Source: Raillietiella orientalis
Lineage: Eukaryota
DNA length: 64,000 bases
Reading direction: 5' to 3'
Assembly (NCBI GenBank): GCA_036172245.1
Contig: JAYWIR010000002.1
Coordinates: forward strand, 4,774,001 to 4,838,000
Numbering within the stretch: the first letter of the stretch is position 1; each line of letters begins with the position of its first letter. This document shows, one piece after another, positions 27,711 to 41,156 of this stretch. The position numbers and the translations under genes are program-made. The notes under the pieces were generated by a model. That model saw only the letters and a list, made by a program, of their open reading frames with translations, was not told where the DNA came from and did no database searches.

Positions 27711-30700
27711 TCCGTATTCGCTTTAAGCAAAAGAAGGACAACAGATTGAAGCAGTGAACTGGTTGGCTAGAGTAGAGTAGATCGAGGTAGAATCAGTTTC
27801 TTTCAATAGACTGTGCTGCCCATCTCGAATAGGGACCCCCACACTTGGACAAACGAGCAGACCCAGTAAGCAAGCAGCAAATACGAATCAGGGAGTTCGT
27901 TTGATGGAATTTCTTGAACTGTTGTTAAGATGTGAGTAGAGATGCTTCTCTGTGAAGTGGCACCAAAGAATGTGCCTTTCCTAATGGATTGCACGTTTGG
28001 CAAGGCCAGCAGTTCCTGTGGTCATTTTTGCTTCTAGCATAGAAGCGCTTTTGATTCTTCTATTGAGATGAATGTTTTTCGAGTGAAAGTATCGGGACAA
28101 TTGGTTAAACTCAGCTTTAAAAACTGAATCGGACGAATTTACCTGCTAATTGCATAGCTGTGGGAATGAAAAGCAAATAAAAGTAACAACAAGGTGGAGT
28201 ATACGAGTACATGTATTATCACTTTTTCCATGTTAAGTGCTGGAGTGCTGAGGAACTATTATCGGATGTTCACTTTCATCTTCAGTCCATAAACACGGTC
28301 TGTGAATACAGAGTTGAGGTGCTAATTAAAGCTTCAATTAATTGCTGCTCAATTTTACTAGGTGCCGTGAGACTTTGTGCTTTCATTACTTCGCAGTTTC
28401 GGATCGTCTCTATGTTCTTGGACGTTAATCGTGCTGAAAACACACACACACATCAATAGCTATGACATCAGCTGAATTTTTCTCTCTTTAATATCCACAG
28501 TTTAGGAGGCATGGAGACAATGAAAGTGAAAGACAAAAAAAAAAAAAAAAAACGAAAAGAGTATATCTCGTAAGCATTTTCCAAATGAGTGGATGCGATG
28601 TCAGCAATCATAAGCGTCTGATCGGATGTTTGTCCATGGTGCATTAATTGGTTTCTTATTACCTTGTCTAATCTGTGTTGGTACATTTCAACCTGAGTGT
28701 TATGGCTGGATTTGAATGATTTCTCCGGTTTCCGGAATCCCGTGGAGTTGGAAAATCTTGTATACTTGACTTTACGTTAGAATTCCATAATTGTTGAGAA
28801 TTCCAAAAGTCTATGATTTCCAAAGAACAGTTCTAGATGGTGGACTTTTGGGCGCAAACGCACACTCTTAATAAACGCGCAAACTCCAATTGAACGTTGT
28901 GATAGGTGAGCTGGAGATGCCCGAAAGAAGTAGCAGCAAAAACAAGGATCTAACGGGAGAACAAATCCGAAGAGCTAGGAGGAAGCAGAAACGAACGTTT
29001 TTCAAAACTGTAAAAAAAAAATATAAGAAAGATTCTTTTCAAGTCGTTGTTGACGTGCCTCAACACGAGCAATATAATAGAATAGGAAGCACTTACCCCA
29101 ACAAGGTTAGGGTATTAAAGGGAAAGGTCCGACGTGAAGTGAGACCAAAGTCAAAAGTGAAGTGAGATCGGTGGCAGATTAAAAAAAGAGAATTACAAAA
29201 GTGTAATAAACGAATCCGTCCGTGGGAATCGAAAGCCTCTAATCAAGCTACTTCCCAAGACATTGACACCTCCGAAACGATGGAACGTTTGTTCAACTAT
29301 CCACCGACCCATCATCTGCAGCAAATGCTGACTCGTCTGTCGTGTCTGAACTGCTTGGGTGGAGGAGGATTGTACATCTCATGTCAACGTCTGTTCCTTC
29401 TTGTTGCTTTGCAAGAGCAAATTGCCAATAGCAGTGTCTCCTTGCGCAAGCCGATATACGCTACTTAGAGTTGATTTTACTCTTTCTGCCCCCTTTTTAA
29501 CTTGAACTACCATAGCCAGGAAACCCTTTCCCGAGAGTTGGTGGTGTGGCACTGGGTGAGTATACCCATGATACACTTGATTTCCCGAGTCTTACCATTT
29601 CATAACTTTTGTGGTTTCCTGCCACCCCTTCTCAAAGTGTATCGGCGCCACAGGAAAAACTCATGCTCCCTATATTTAAACTTTATATATACCCAACATG
29701 TGATATCTGGATAATGGAGCCCTTATTACAAAGATTACTCCAATTGCACAAACAAAAAGAACTGATAATGAACAGATGGTCCTCGTTCAAAAGGCACAAG
29801 GAAATGTAAGGAGATTATAATGACAATACCGTCTTACGTACAATAAATGGAGGCAGTGCAGATTTCGAACTGTTACTTAGTGCCAATGGAATTTTAGCAG
29901 AACTACAAGGGGAAGAGAAACTTCAACACGAACATGATCACCATTTAGATTCAGCATAAACAGACATAAGGAATACATATTATTCTTGTAGCTGTTTCGA
30001 AACCAACAAGCATGCATTGCATGTAGGTGTCCTCACTTTTTGCGTACTTCTTTACTTATTCATGTATGATTCGATTCTGATAGAATTTCCTCATATCTTA
30101 ATTGTGATGCAACGCGATGCCATGAATATTAATGGACTTAATAAATAACGTGCTCTCATGGACTCGGTATACTCCAGGCTTGCAAACTGTCAAAATCTTA
30201 ATGAAACCAGTATTCTGGACGCTTCTGCTACGGAAATCCAGATTCTTCCAGGACGCCTCTTCAGAACAGCAGGCTGAGGCGATAACAAAATGCTTTTAGA
30301 ATAATTATAAGACCACAGATACAGTTCTCTAAGGGAGGAATCTACGATTATGCTGTGAAAGTTTGCGAAGTCTGTAAGCTGACAAATGAGATGTTTTGTG
30401 TTTCTCAGCCATACCAGACGACATCGAAAATGAAACATTTGCGTCTATTTCCACCTATGAGATTTGGTAGAATGAACTATATGAAGCATCCAGCAGCTGT
30501 GGTGCCTCCGACTCCTATATTTGTTACGGACAGAGACGAAAAGTTAGATCACCAGCTTTCATAAGAGATTTATTTGTGTTACGCATGCTGAGCTAGAAAG
30601 GAGGATGATGTCATCATACTCCTGAAGTCTCCAGCATCAGAAATATCTGAAAAGATGAAAAACGCTGGTATCGCTTTAGGTATTTTTTTCAGCCTGAAGC

Positions 30701-31279
30701 AACATGAGTTATTTCGCTTGCTTATAATAAGAATTCTCTCACTGAGTACTTCTACTAGAAAGGGTTGCTTTCACTCGATCTCCACGTATACTTCGCCATC
30801 TCTGAACAAAGACCTTCAAGAGTTATGCCCATGGTACAAGAAGAACATTTAATTTTACTCCTCGGGATTCTGAAATGAGTGCCTACTTTGTTGAATAAAG
30901 GATTCATGTACAACACACGGCACAGAAACTGTGTTGTAAGTCTTGTTGTAAACTGTATTTTTTTTTGTATAATATCGAACTTAGTCTTCATGTGTTCACA
31001 AACAAGATGCAAATCAGCAACTATGTTGAAAAGCAAGAAAAAGTTTATATACTCAGCGATCATCATGCATGCACGTCCCACGCTGGAAATGATCTCAGTG
31101 GAAACTGAAATTCCACTGTAATCATAAGCCTGAATTGCAATGAATTCTAACTTGAGGTAAAAACTGAATTTTGTAACGATGCTACAATGCGATGACGACT
31201 TTAGTTCTTTAATTCTATAATGACGACCTTTAGTTCTTCCTCTGAGGCGAGAGGGACAATTAATTGTGAATATTTATTT

Positions 31280-31900
31280 TTTGCGATGAACGACCCGGCG
31301 AACCCGAGTGAAAACTAAGGCCAGATGGATCAGCGTGAGTTCCTGGGGCTAGTCAGCTAGATGGAACTAGGATTGAGCTTAAAAATCAACGCCCCGAAGT
31401 CAAAAATCTTGCCCATGGGGATCCTGAACCTCACCACGGTGACGGATCAAGGTTTCCGAGAGGTGGACAGCGCCAGATGTCTCTTCACCAGCGATCCAAT
31501 GGGAGCAGGGGAAAATGATGAAAGACAACATCCAATACAGTTGGACTGACTTCGGATTCGAGACGGCCAACTTGTGGAACAGCGTGCTGCTTCCCAAGGC
31601 TCCCTTCAGGGCGGCCTTCTACCCTCTGAAGCTCAAACAAAAGCAACAAATGGGAAGGATACAACGCAACTTGCAGTGGAACTTAAGTCTAGACCCTGAG
31701 TTTAGACCTTAAGTATAGACTCAAAAACCTGTGCCATCCGAGGGGCGGAGCTGACACCGGGATGAAACCGATGGAATGGGAGATCCAGCTCGCTGACGCT
31801 GGAAGCCACTGAGAACTGGAACGAGCTCCCTATGGTGCTCACAGAACCTACAGCAAGGTGCAGTAGTACATAACGCTCAATCCAGAGGCATGATGACAGC
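31280..31900 (+). mobile_element. Degenerate non-LTR retrotransposon (L1/Tx1-like) fragment, RT thumb region
   Basis: GC-rich island translating, across frameshifts, to GLSLKINAPKSKILPMG...VDSAR (cf. SGLxINxxKS..YLG), then W....ANLWNSVLLPKAPF...IQRNLQW (cf. GRxxxxNSxLLP..FLW) and a P..GG motif. Confidence 0.65.
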
Positions 31901-34330
31901 CCTATTGGCCAAAGATGACAAGTGAGATTTGGCCTACCCCACGCGACCGCGGAAAAAGCTGCTGGTATTCATCTGCTGAAAATGGGAGCGAAGAACTCTG
32001 GGACGAAGGATTGGCTTTGGTGATTCCCTGCTTCGTGTTACTGCCGTGGGTTCACAGGAGACCCAGTCTGAATATTGTACACTGAGGCAGTTGGTTTGCA
32101 ACTAGCGCAAACAGCCACGAGATGTGGCTGTTTGCCTTACATGGTGTAGGTGAACTTATTCTTGTTAATAATCTGGTTACTAATGGGAGTTTTAAGCAAT
32201 TAATGATACTTATAAATGAAAATCTCAAGCATCAACAGATAATTCTAAATTGTAAGTTAATTTTTCCAAGTGATTAAAATCAGTTGCATGGCATCTTGAT
32301 GATTGTTTTCGGAATCAGTTTATCATTCTCTTCAAAAATGAGTTATACAGATCCTTGTCATTCTTGCCATCACATTTATGCATACCATAATTTACTTGGA
32401 AAATTGATTGTTTCCAATACTATTCAGGGCATTATAGTTAGGCTTTAATTCCACTTTCTGGAATTCTATTACAAATAGGCTTCTCGTAGCTACTATCTTC
32501 AACAATGCTTTGCTTTCATAAGTGAGAGAGAAACAAAGATAAATACCATTTTCAATAATGAAGTCATTTCCGGTGAGAAGACGTTCTTCAAAGATCCTCC
32601 GCGAAGGATGGAAATTAGCTGCTTGAATACCATAACTACTGTCTTTATACATCACTTAGATTCTTATCTCCTCTCGAAATGTTTCAAGCAGGCACAGTGG
32701 CATTGAAAGTAAATTAAATGGATTCCGAATTTTCAGATTTGTTTAAGCAATCGAGCAGTTTTAAAATTGAAGTTTTATGGCTTTCTTTAAAATAACTACC
32801 ATATTAGGAGTGACATTTTGCTTTTTTTATATTCTTTGCAAACATATGTCCATGTTTTCCATAATATTGTAATAAGTGTCATGTATTAGTGGCTATTCAA
32901 CATTTCATGCTACCTCCTGTCCTATTTTGTCAGTATTATTATGAGCTGCTCCTAAAGGCATAGAGCAACGAAAGATGCAAGGTGGTAGCTGAATTAGATA
33001 ACATGCAAAATCCCTGGCCACCAGAAAAACACGAGCTGATGCATTTTGCACAAATTCCCTGTTCCAAATAATTCTTTGAAAATGGGTTCAGTTTCAGGAA
33101 TCATATACAAAAACGTATTTAACTATGCAGTTATTGCTGCACACTTTCTGGGGAATTCTACATGGGTGTTTCAATTGGCACCAAATTTATCACTTAAAAA
33201 TGAACGTCAATAACGATCAGTGACATAGTAAAAGCTAAAGCATTTAATCAGAGGCTCACGTGTTTAAAATTCAGGGGAATTGTTTATTGCAATTAAATAA
33301 TTGTATTTTTGAAGACTATGAACTTTTACGAAAGGCCAATAAACTGTATAATTTTATAATCTGTGGATTCGTTTGACTGATTTCATATAGCTTGTTGAAA
33401 AAGTTTTGATTTGAATGCTTCTCTATATACATGTTAATACATATCAATATAATTTCTTGCATCAGTAATGCTTTCGAGTTATTTTCCATATTTTTCAAAA
33501 CTGCGTTATATAGGTTATAAGTAATGATGTGATTTGTATATCATAAATAGAAAATTAAAGATAAATCTGAATTATATTTGGTTTTCGTATGAAGCATTTG
33601 TGAATCTGATAGAATTTTGTACGTAGCTGAACATGCACGAGTTGTCATAACATAGTATATTTAATTTTAAAAGAAAAATCGTGCTATTCTTTGAGTTTAC
33701 CTGCAAAAATATTTTTAATATTTCCTGGATCTGTACTATAATCGCATCTCTTCAAAATACAAAAATGAATTGTGACATTTTGTGATGCAGAATGAACTAA
33801 GAGTTGTGGAGACTTCCTGGCGAAATCACGTGCTTATGGCAGTCGTATTTTCATTTTCGGTTTGTGCCGAGCATGAAGGAGATTGCACAAAATGTGGTAC
33901 ATGAAAACCGTAGGCAATGTAATTATTAAAATTCATATGCAGTTGCACATAAGAAAATGCCAGTTTACTTTCTAGTGTAATGTAACTTCATATTTATTTC
34001 GTGTGAGATAACGTTGATAGGAAAGTTTGCACACTTTTTGAATTTTGTTTAAGAACAATGTTTTTAATACCCGTTTTTGCATTCTGTTTTCGTAAAGGTG
34101 ATTACCGTAACTATCGGATCTAAGAAACCAGTTTGAAATCATTGTTTGTGGATTTTTATTTGGTGCTTTGTGTGTGAGCCCATCATATGGGACTATGGTG
34201 AAATATGACAAAACTCCTTTTTTCAGCACGAAGTATGTTTTAAAAATTTAGCAACTTAAGTTCAGGATTTGAAGATCAATGGTTGGGTAATATGCCACTT
34301 AGGTTGTTTCCTTTGCCCACCATTTTATAA

Positions 34331-36327
34331 ATGGAAAGAATCTGTATTGTTGTCCCATTGGCATTCCATTCTGGTGGATGTAAATTACTTGTGAGAATTT
34401 TGGGAAACAATGTGATTAAAAGCTACTATTGTGCAAAATACCATCACTCTGTGCACAGGAGTACATCCCATTTGTTTTCAAATGCAAACATATTGCGAAA
34501 ATATGGTAAAAATTTTTTGAATACTGCATTTGGAATTCATTTATCTTGCTTAGCATGCATCTGAAATAAAATTATTAGTCGTATAAATGTATTCGTTATA
34601 GGTATTGATGGTTCTTCACGTTGTTTTCATACATCTCATCTGCAACTGCAAAGGAAAAACTATTACGAGATTTTGGGTGTGCCCAAAAATGCATCACAAA
34701 AAGACATTAAAAAAGCTTACTATGATTTGGCCAAAAAATACCATCCAGATACCAACAAACATGATCCAAAAGCTTCTGCAAAATTTCAAGATGTATCTGA
34801 GGCTTATGAGGTATTTAAATGAGTGGCTTCAAATTTACATATTTCTGTTTCGTTTGAAAAACCTAGTGTATGTCATTTGGAATGCAGTGAATAGTTGGAA
34901 TTTTTTTATCCATTACTTTCAGTTCTGTAACTTAGATTTAGGATCTGATTTAATTTTGATTCTTTGCACTAGTTTAATCCCAAGTCAAGTGTTTTTACAT
35001 ATTTGGTGTAAAGATTGTATATTATTCATTTATTGATATGAAGGCAAAGTTTTGAATTTCAGGTATTAGGTGATGAAACCAAGAGGAAAGAATATGACAG
35101 TTGGGGGACTACTTCAGAACAAATGGGCATGGGAAGTGGCTTTCAGCAACATGCTTGGAATTTCCAGTCTAGCATTGATCCAGAAGAATTGTTTCGCAAA
35201 ATATTTGGAAATTTTAGGGAAGGCTTTCCGGATTTTGGTGATGATTATGCGGAATCACGGTTTGGGTTTGGTGCTGCAAAAGAGGTAGGGGGTTTGTTTA
35301 TGTTCCATCCATCTCAATATAGTTTGTTTTTAGGTGGAAATCAACTTGACATTTGCAGAAGCTGCTCGAGGCGTAAATCGCCAAGTTTCTTTAAATGTTG
35401 TTGATGTATGTCCCAAATGTTCTGGTACTCGCTCAGAACCAGGATATAAAGCCACACGTTGCAGTGTTTGCAGTGGTTCTGGCATGGAGACAGTATCTAC
35501 TGGCCCATTTGTAATGCGCAGTACATGTCGTCAGTGTATGGGCTCTGGCATGTTTATTAAATATCCATGTGTGGAATGTGAAGGAAAAGGACAAACAGTG
35601 CAACGTAAAACAGTTACAATTCCTATACCTGCTGGTGTGGAGGATGGCCAGACCATGCGTGTGCAAGTAGGCCAGAAAGAAGTATTTGTGACATTCCGAG
35701 TGTCAAAATCAAATTACTTCCGAAGAGAAGGACCTGATATTCATTCTGATGCAACAATCAGTTTATCTCAAGCTGTTCTTGGTGGAACCATCCGCATTCA
35801 GGGTATCCATGAAGATATTGATATCCAGATTCCTGCAGGCACATCATCACATAAAAAAATTTGCTTATCTGGCAAAGGTGTGAAAAAGGTGAACTCTTAT
35901 GGATATGGTGACCATTATGTGACCATCAAAATCAAGATCCCTGATCAATTGACAGAAAAGCAAAAAGCACTGTTGGTGGCTTATGCAGAACTTGAAAGTA
36001 ACACCCCTGGAACTATTGCAGGAATCACACGAAAGAAATCCGGTAAGCATTGAAGAAGTATTAAGAGATTTTGTTCCATGAATACCAACTTTGCCCTGAG
36101 CTTCAGAAACAAAAGCTTTTTATCAGTCAAATATTTAGGGAGGGTAAGCATACAGAATGGAAATCCCAAACTGTTCAGTTACAGTCCCGATTGTTAAGAA
36201 TAGTTCATTTCATTGTGGCATTCTAGGTTCCACAAAAATGGCTGGTTCTGAGGCTCAGGCAAAGTATCAAGATGTATCTGATCATGAATCCTTGTTAGGC
36301 AAAATTAAGAGAGCTTTATTTGGATAG
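34331..36327 (+). CDS. DNAJA3: DnaJ homolog subfamily A member 3, mitochondrial (Tid1 / l(2)tid), ~471 aa; alternative last coding exon 36390-36517
   Basis: Exons 34331-34505 (presequence-like), 34602-34810 (J domain [21 protein letters not shown]), 35063-35284 (G/F region, [12 protein letters not shown]), 35334-36042 (four CxxCxGxG-type repeats, [11 protein letters not shown]-terminal domains), 36227-36327 (..[11 protein letters not shown]). Confidence 0.95.
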
Positions 36328-39300
36328 TGAGCTTTATTTGGACTGTGAGTGAGCACACAATTCTTCATTAGTTTTTATTTGTTATATAGGAAAGAAAGTC
36401 GCCTTGGATCAGGATCACTGGTACAGCATATTACAGTCTGTACTCAATAAACATCTGCAAGACACCAAAACACAATCTGATGAAGTAAACAAAGCATCTA
36501 ATAGGAATCAGTACTAAGATATCACCCAGTGGATTTGATAGCCATTAGTGAAAAAAACTATCAATAAAGTATAATTTCCCAATCATCAGTTTTATTTCTT
36601 ACTCAGCCTCCTTTTTGTGAAATGAATTTGCATTACCTTGTTGTATACATGAATTACAGAAAATGAAAACTGCTTTCATGGTTTCCATTCCATCAATTAT
36701 CTGCATCATGGAAAAATCAAGTTGATAAAATTTTCAATTTGTATTGTATAGTTTAGGGGATTTCTGATTCACTTTAAACCCATGCCATATGCACATCTAT
36801 TGAAACAAAGAATTGTGTGATCTCCAGCTACTGATCGAATTCTTAGGTATCCATGTCCTTCACTAGCATTTTTTGTTTTTTTTTGTGATTACATAAATTC
36901 GACATTTATCAGTAATTGATAAGTGTGTGTCTCAAAACTGCAACCATGGAATGGGCAGACTGAATAAGACCAGCTAAAGCAAGACTAGCTTCCTTTGGTA
37001 CTGTACGAGCCATCAATCCACCCCATCCAAAAAGGGAGCTAATAAACACATAACAGGGTTGAGACGTTGTAGGAACAACTTGTACAATTTGGAAGAGTAG
37101 ATCTTTGTGACAAGCATTTTGCTAATGGTGTTCAAGTCAAAAAACATCAACCCTATGCCTTGCTAATGTTGTGCTATTGCATGTGGTTCAGAAGACGAAG
37201 TTTTTGAGGCTGGAGGCTCATTGAAAAAAAGTTTCTGTGTACTAAAGAAAATCAACTTTTTTAAAAAGTAAGATGAAGTAACGATTGAAGTAATCTAATT
37301 ATACAGATATTCTGTGACACCATTTTGCTTGTACCATCTACTTTTATCATTGCTTCAAAAGCATGTATTACTTCATTGAAGATCCAGTTTCAAATTCGCA
37401 GCTGAGTATCAGGTGGATTGATTTAGAATCTGCCAATAGTAAGCACTGATATTTACATGAAAAAACCCAAGAAACTGATTTAAATCTTTATTTTAGTAAA
37501 ATTAATATAGATTTGATTAGGTTATAAATCCTTATTGTGGAAAAAGTGTTGGTAAGCTTTCAGATGAAGATAAAATAGATTATTGGAAACTAATTACAAA
37601 ATTCCCCAAGCTATTTTTTATTCCATTAGCCGTTTATTAAGGAAATAAACAGACAACTTCAGTTCTAACCGATTATTTCAATAAAACTTGGATTGTTTCT
37701 GTACCAAAAGTACATACTGGATGAAAAAAAACATTTCGTTTGTCAAAAAACATACGTGTAAAACTATAAATATCAAGATAATAAAACAAATAAGAAAACG
37801 TGAAACTAACTCTTGACACTGATATGAATAAATAATGGATTGTATAAATAACCTCATAATACTATGTTGCTAGAATCATTTTCTATGACAGTTGAAATTT
37901 CCCATGAACACCAGTCAAAAAATATTTTAAAAGGGAGATATTAAGAGGGTAGCTACAAAGGGGCTTAATTTGAGTTCCCAATGATCTTTATTGTAAGCCT
38001 GTGATTCATTTGAAAAAAAGTCGTTTCTCAGCATATGAGAATCAAATTGGTCACCCATTTAAACAAGTGAACTATGAAAAAACGAATTACCTTTTTAAGA
38101 GTATAATAGTCGTTGCTAGAACAGTTTGCTTGCTTGGATTCAGTCCTAATGTTTTGGACTTACAAATTCCATAGGTGTTCATTTGTTTTGAACACAGCTG
38201 ATGGCCCAATCAATCCAGTGTTAACAAAAGTAACTTTTGAGAATGGAACAACTATGAATTTGAAATCTTGGTCCTTAACAAGTAAATTTTTCTTCAAATA
38301 AGCAAAGCCCATTCCCTCAATTCATGTTTTCACCAACCCTGCAGCCCGAAATCTTCAGCAGAATGGGTAACTAATCAGAACTTATGAAAGAAAACACAGC
38401 TTTCATGAAAATTCCGATAATTACGTTTCCAAATTTCACTTCACATTGGAATTTAGAAAAGAGAAGACTCTTGGCGATTATCATGTCTTTTACTAATTAT
38501 TAACAAGAAGTAAATAAATCTAGGTCTGTACTCCATATGATTTTATTTGGGAAGATACTTATTAAGAGTTGCTTTTATCAACGCGAAAAATACCTTCTAT
38601 TGTGCATGCATGAAGTAAGAAGTAGCCGAGCATACACACATCTTACACGCATAGCATTAGGTAGAGAATCTAATGAGAAAGGTTTTAACTAGATGAACTC
38701 TTGGAAGAAAATTTTCAACAAAGAGACTAAATAAATACAATTTTAAATAGAGTAATCGTAAAGGAAATCTCGACATCGATCAGAATTCTGAATTTCGCAT
38801 AAATTTTTCTTGAGAGAAAAAAATTACGATCTAAAATTGCAAAAAGTCAAAATAAGTGTGCTTGTATTTATTTGTCTTTTTGTTATGCAATGGTCAATAA
38901 TAGTATTTAAAAAGCTATTATATTTAGATCTCTTAGAATAGATAGTTTCATCTGAAATGAAAAAATATTCCTAGATCTATAAATTCAATAAAGTCATAAG
39001 CATAGAAAGACGCAGAGTATATACAGATATAAGCAGCTCTTAAGTACTGAAATTCATCTAGTAGATAGCGCTGAAATCGATATTTAGACCTCCAAAAAAA
39101 TTGCCATAAATGGTATAAATGATCGACAATTTACAGATCACTGTATTATGAAGATGTTATACCAGTGTTTCTCTTTGATAATTTATGGTAAAATTCACAA
39201 GAGATTCCATCTTGGTTTTACTAAAACATAAAGAGGTTTATTCAAAAATTTGGAAAAATTTATGCTCGAAGTTATATCTATAATTTAAGACATTTCCCAT

Positions 39301-41156
39301 AATGCGAAAGAGTCCACTGTTAGATTTTGTAATAGTTTGTCTTTTCGGTACCTTCAAGTTGTCTTGCTTTAGAGTACTGTATATCATCAAATCATCCAAA
39401 AAAAATATTGGGATATTAAAACAAACTGATGCATGATTTTCCAAAGGTAGGAATTACAACTTTTGTGTAAGGGACATGGTTGTTACTATGTTTCCAGTGG
39501 CAGGAGATTTAAACATACTTTCTTCTATATTTCCTTAGCAAAAACAGTTCAAATTCAAGACTATTCGGAAACTCTGCACAGAGCAAGGGTTTTGTTGTGT
39601 GCAGACGAGAAAATCGTTCAGAATTACCCAAAATAGTACTCAACAAATCTTCTCTGATTTTGTTAACATATTACTTTTCCGTTCATTGTGAACGTATTCC
39701 AGTCAATGCTGGAAATTCTTATTGATTATCCTTATATAAAAATACTACAATGTTCTAAAGTATTTGAGGATTTGAGTTTCGGATTGCCATCATTTTGAGA
39801 TTCTTTAAATATATTCTTCCTCAGGCGCCAATGCCTCTTCATGAATATTGAGTAGATACCAAACAATGTTTTGGTAAGGTACTACAAAGCTTTGCAGCTA
39901 CGTTTTTGTAATAATACTTGGAAACAGGTATCATATGAACACTTTAGCAAGTTCAGTCTTGAAATTCGAAAACTTAAGAGTGGGCTTGCTCTGGTTTTTG
40001 AAAAAATCATAAGAGAACTACTACGACATAAGTTGTGAGTTTTCAGATAATACTTTCTGGATCGTGTTGACTCTGTTTTAGGGAATTTCGTTTTTGAAGT
40101 ACTCTGAGTTCGAGTACGTAGTCTAAGAAAGGGAAGTTCCAATGGAAGTGAATCATATCAATTATCGGTGTTGTGTTGGTGTTTTCGAAACGCAATAATA
40201 GATCGATATCATAATATAGCGAAATGATTCATGTAACAATTTGCTTTTTCTGTTCCTAATTTTTAGTGTTTACCTATTTTTGACACAAACAAATCGTTTA
40301 TTAATCGCATCTACAAATTGTATGGAATTGAAAATTTTAGCTTTCTATAGTGATTTGATGATTAAAATTTTGAGAAAGGAACGTTAAAAAACACTAATGT
40401 TAGTCAGTAATGGTTAATGCCTTCAACGTGCTGATTTACATGCGAATCATTGGAAAACGAATATCGCCCTGATTATTTATTGCTATTACGTCTATCATTC
40501 AGAATCACTAAATCTACCTCACTCGCTATTTGTACTGCCTCACTTATTGCTGGCGAGCTTATAAATTAAATTTTTGTTGGTTTATCTTCCGGAAGTAGCT
40601 ACTTTTCGTAGGTTCAGGAACGTGGCGGATAGATGGAATAATTGTCCTGTAATTGCAATATTCGTATGAGTTGGACTCCATGGTTAAAAGACAAGTTCTA
40701 ATGATGCCGACTGTGTATAGAAAGCAGTATCCGAAGAAGCAGAGAGAAAAAATTTTTCGATTTATGATTGAAATAATTTTTTCTTTTTTTTCATGGGGGT
40801 TTATCGGAACCTTCGGGAACTGCGCTATGAATGTAAACGTGTATTGAAACCGGTTATTTAAGGAACTCAGCAGAATGTTTAAATTGAGAATGCAATATTC
40901 TGCGGAGCAGATTGGGTTTTCAGCTTGGGTTGCGAGAAGAAATTATCTTTTAACGTAAATAGTTGACTTTGTCCAGGCGCTTGGTAGAAAGCAGGGCGAA
41001 ACGAATTGAGGCAGGTGATCTGCGTAATAGGGAAACGGCGAATTACGAGGATGAGGTGGACAGCTGTGAATCCGTGAAGATGGAAAGTTTTGTGCATAAA
41101 TAGATCACGTGTTTGGTGTGTTGTTTTTTTGGTTGTTTTTTTTTTTTTTTTTAGAT

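Noticed and set aside
28890..29960. Lys/Arg-rich ORF fragments (28890-29165 and following)
   Set aside because: Interrupted by stops with no identifiable domain; probably repeat debris.
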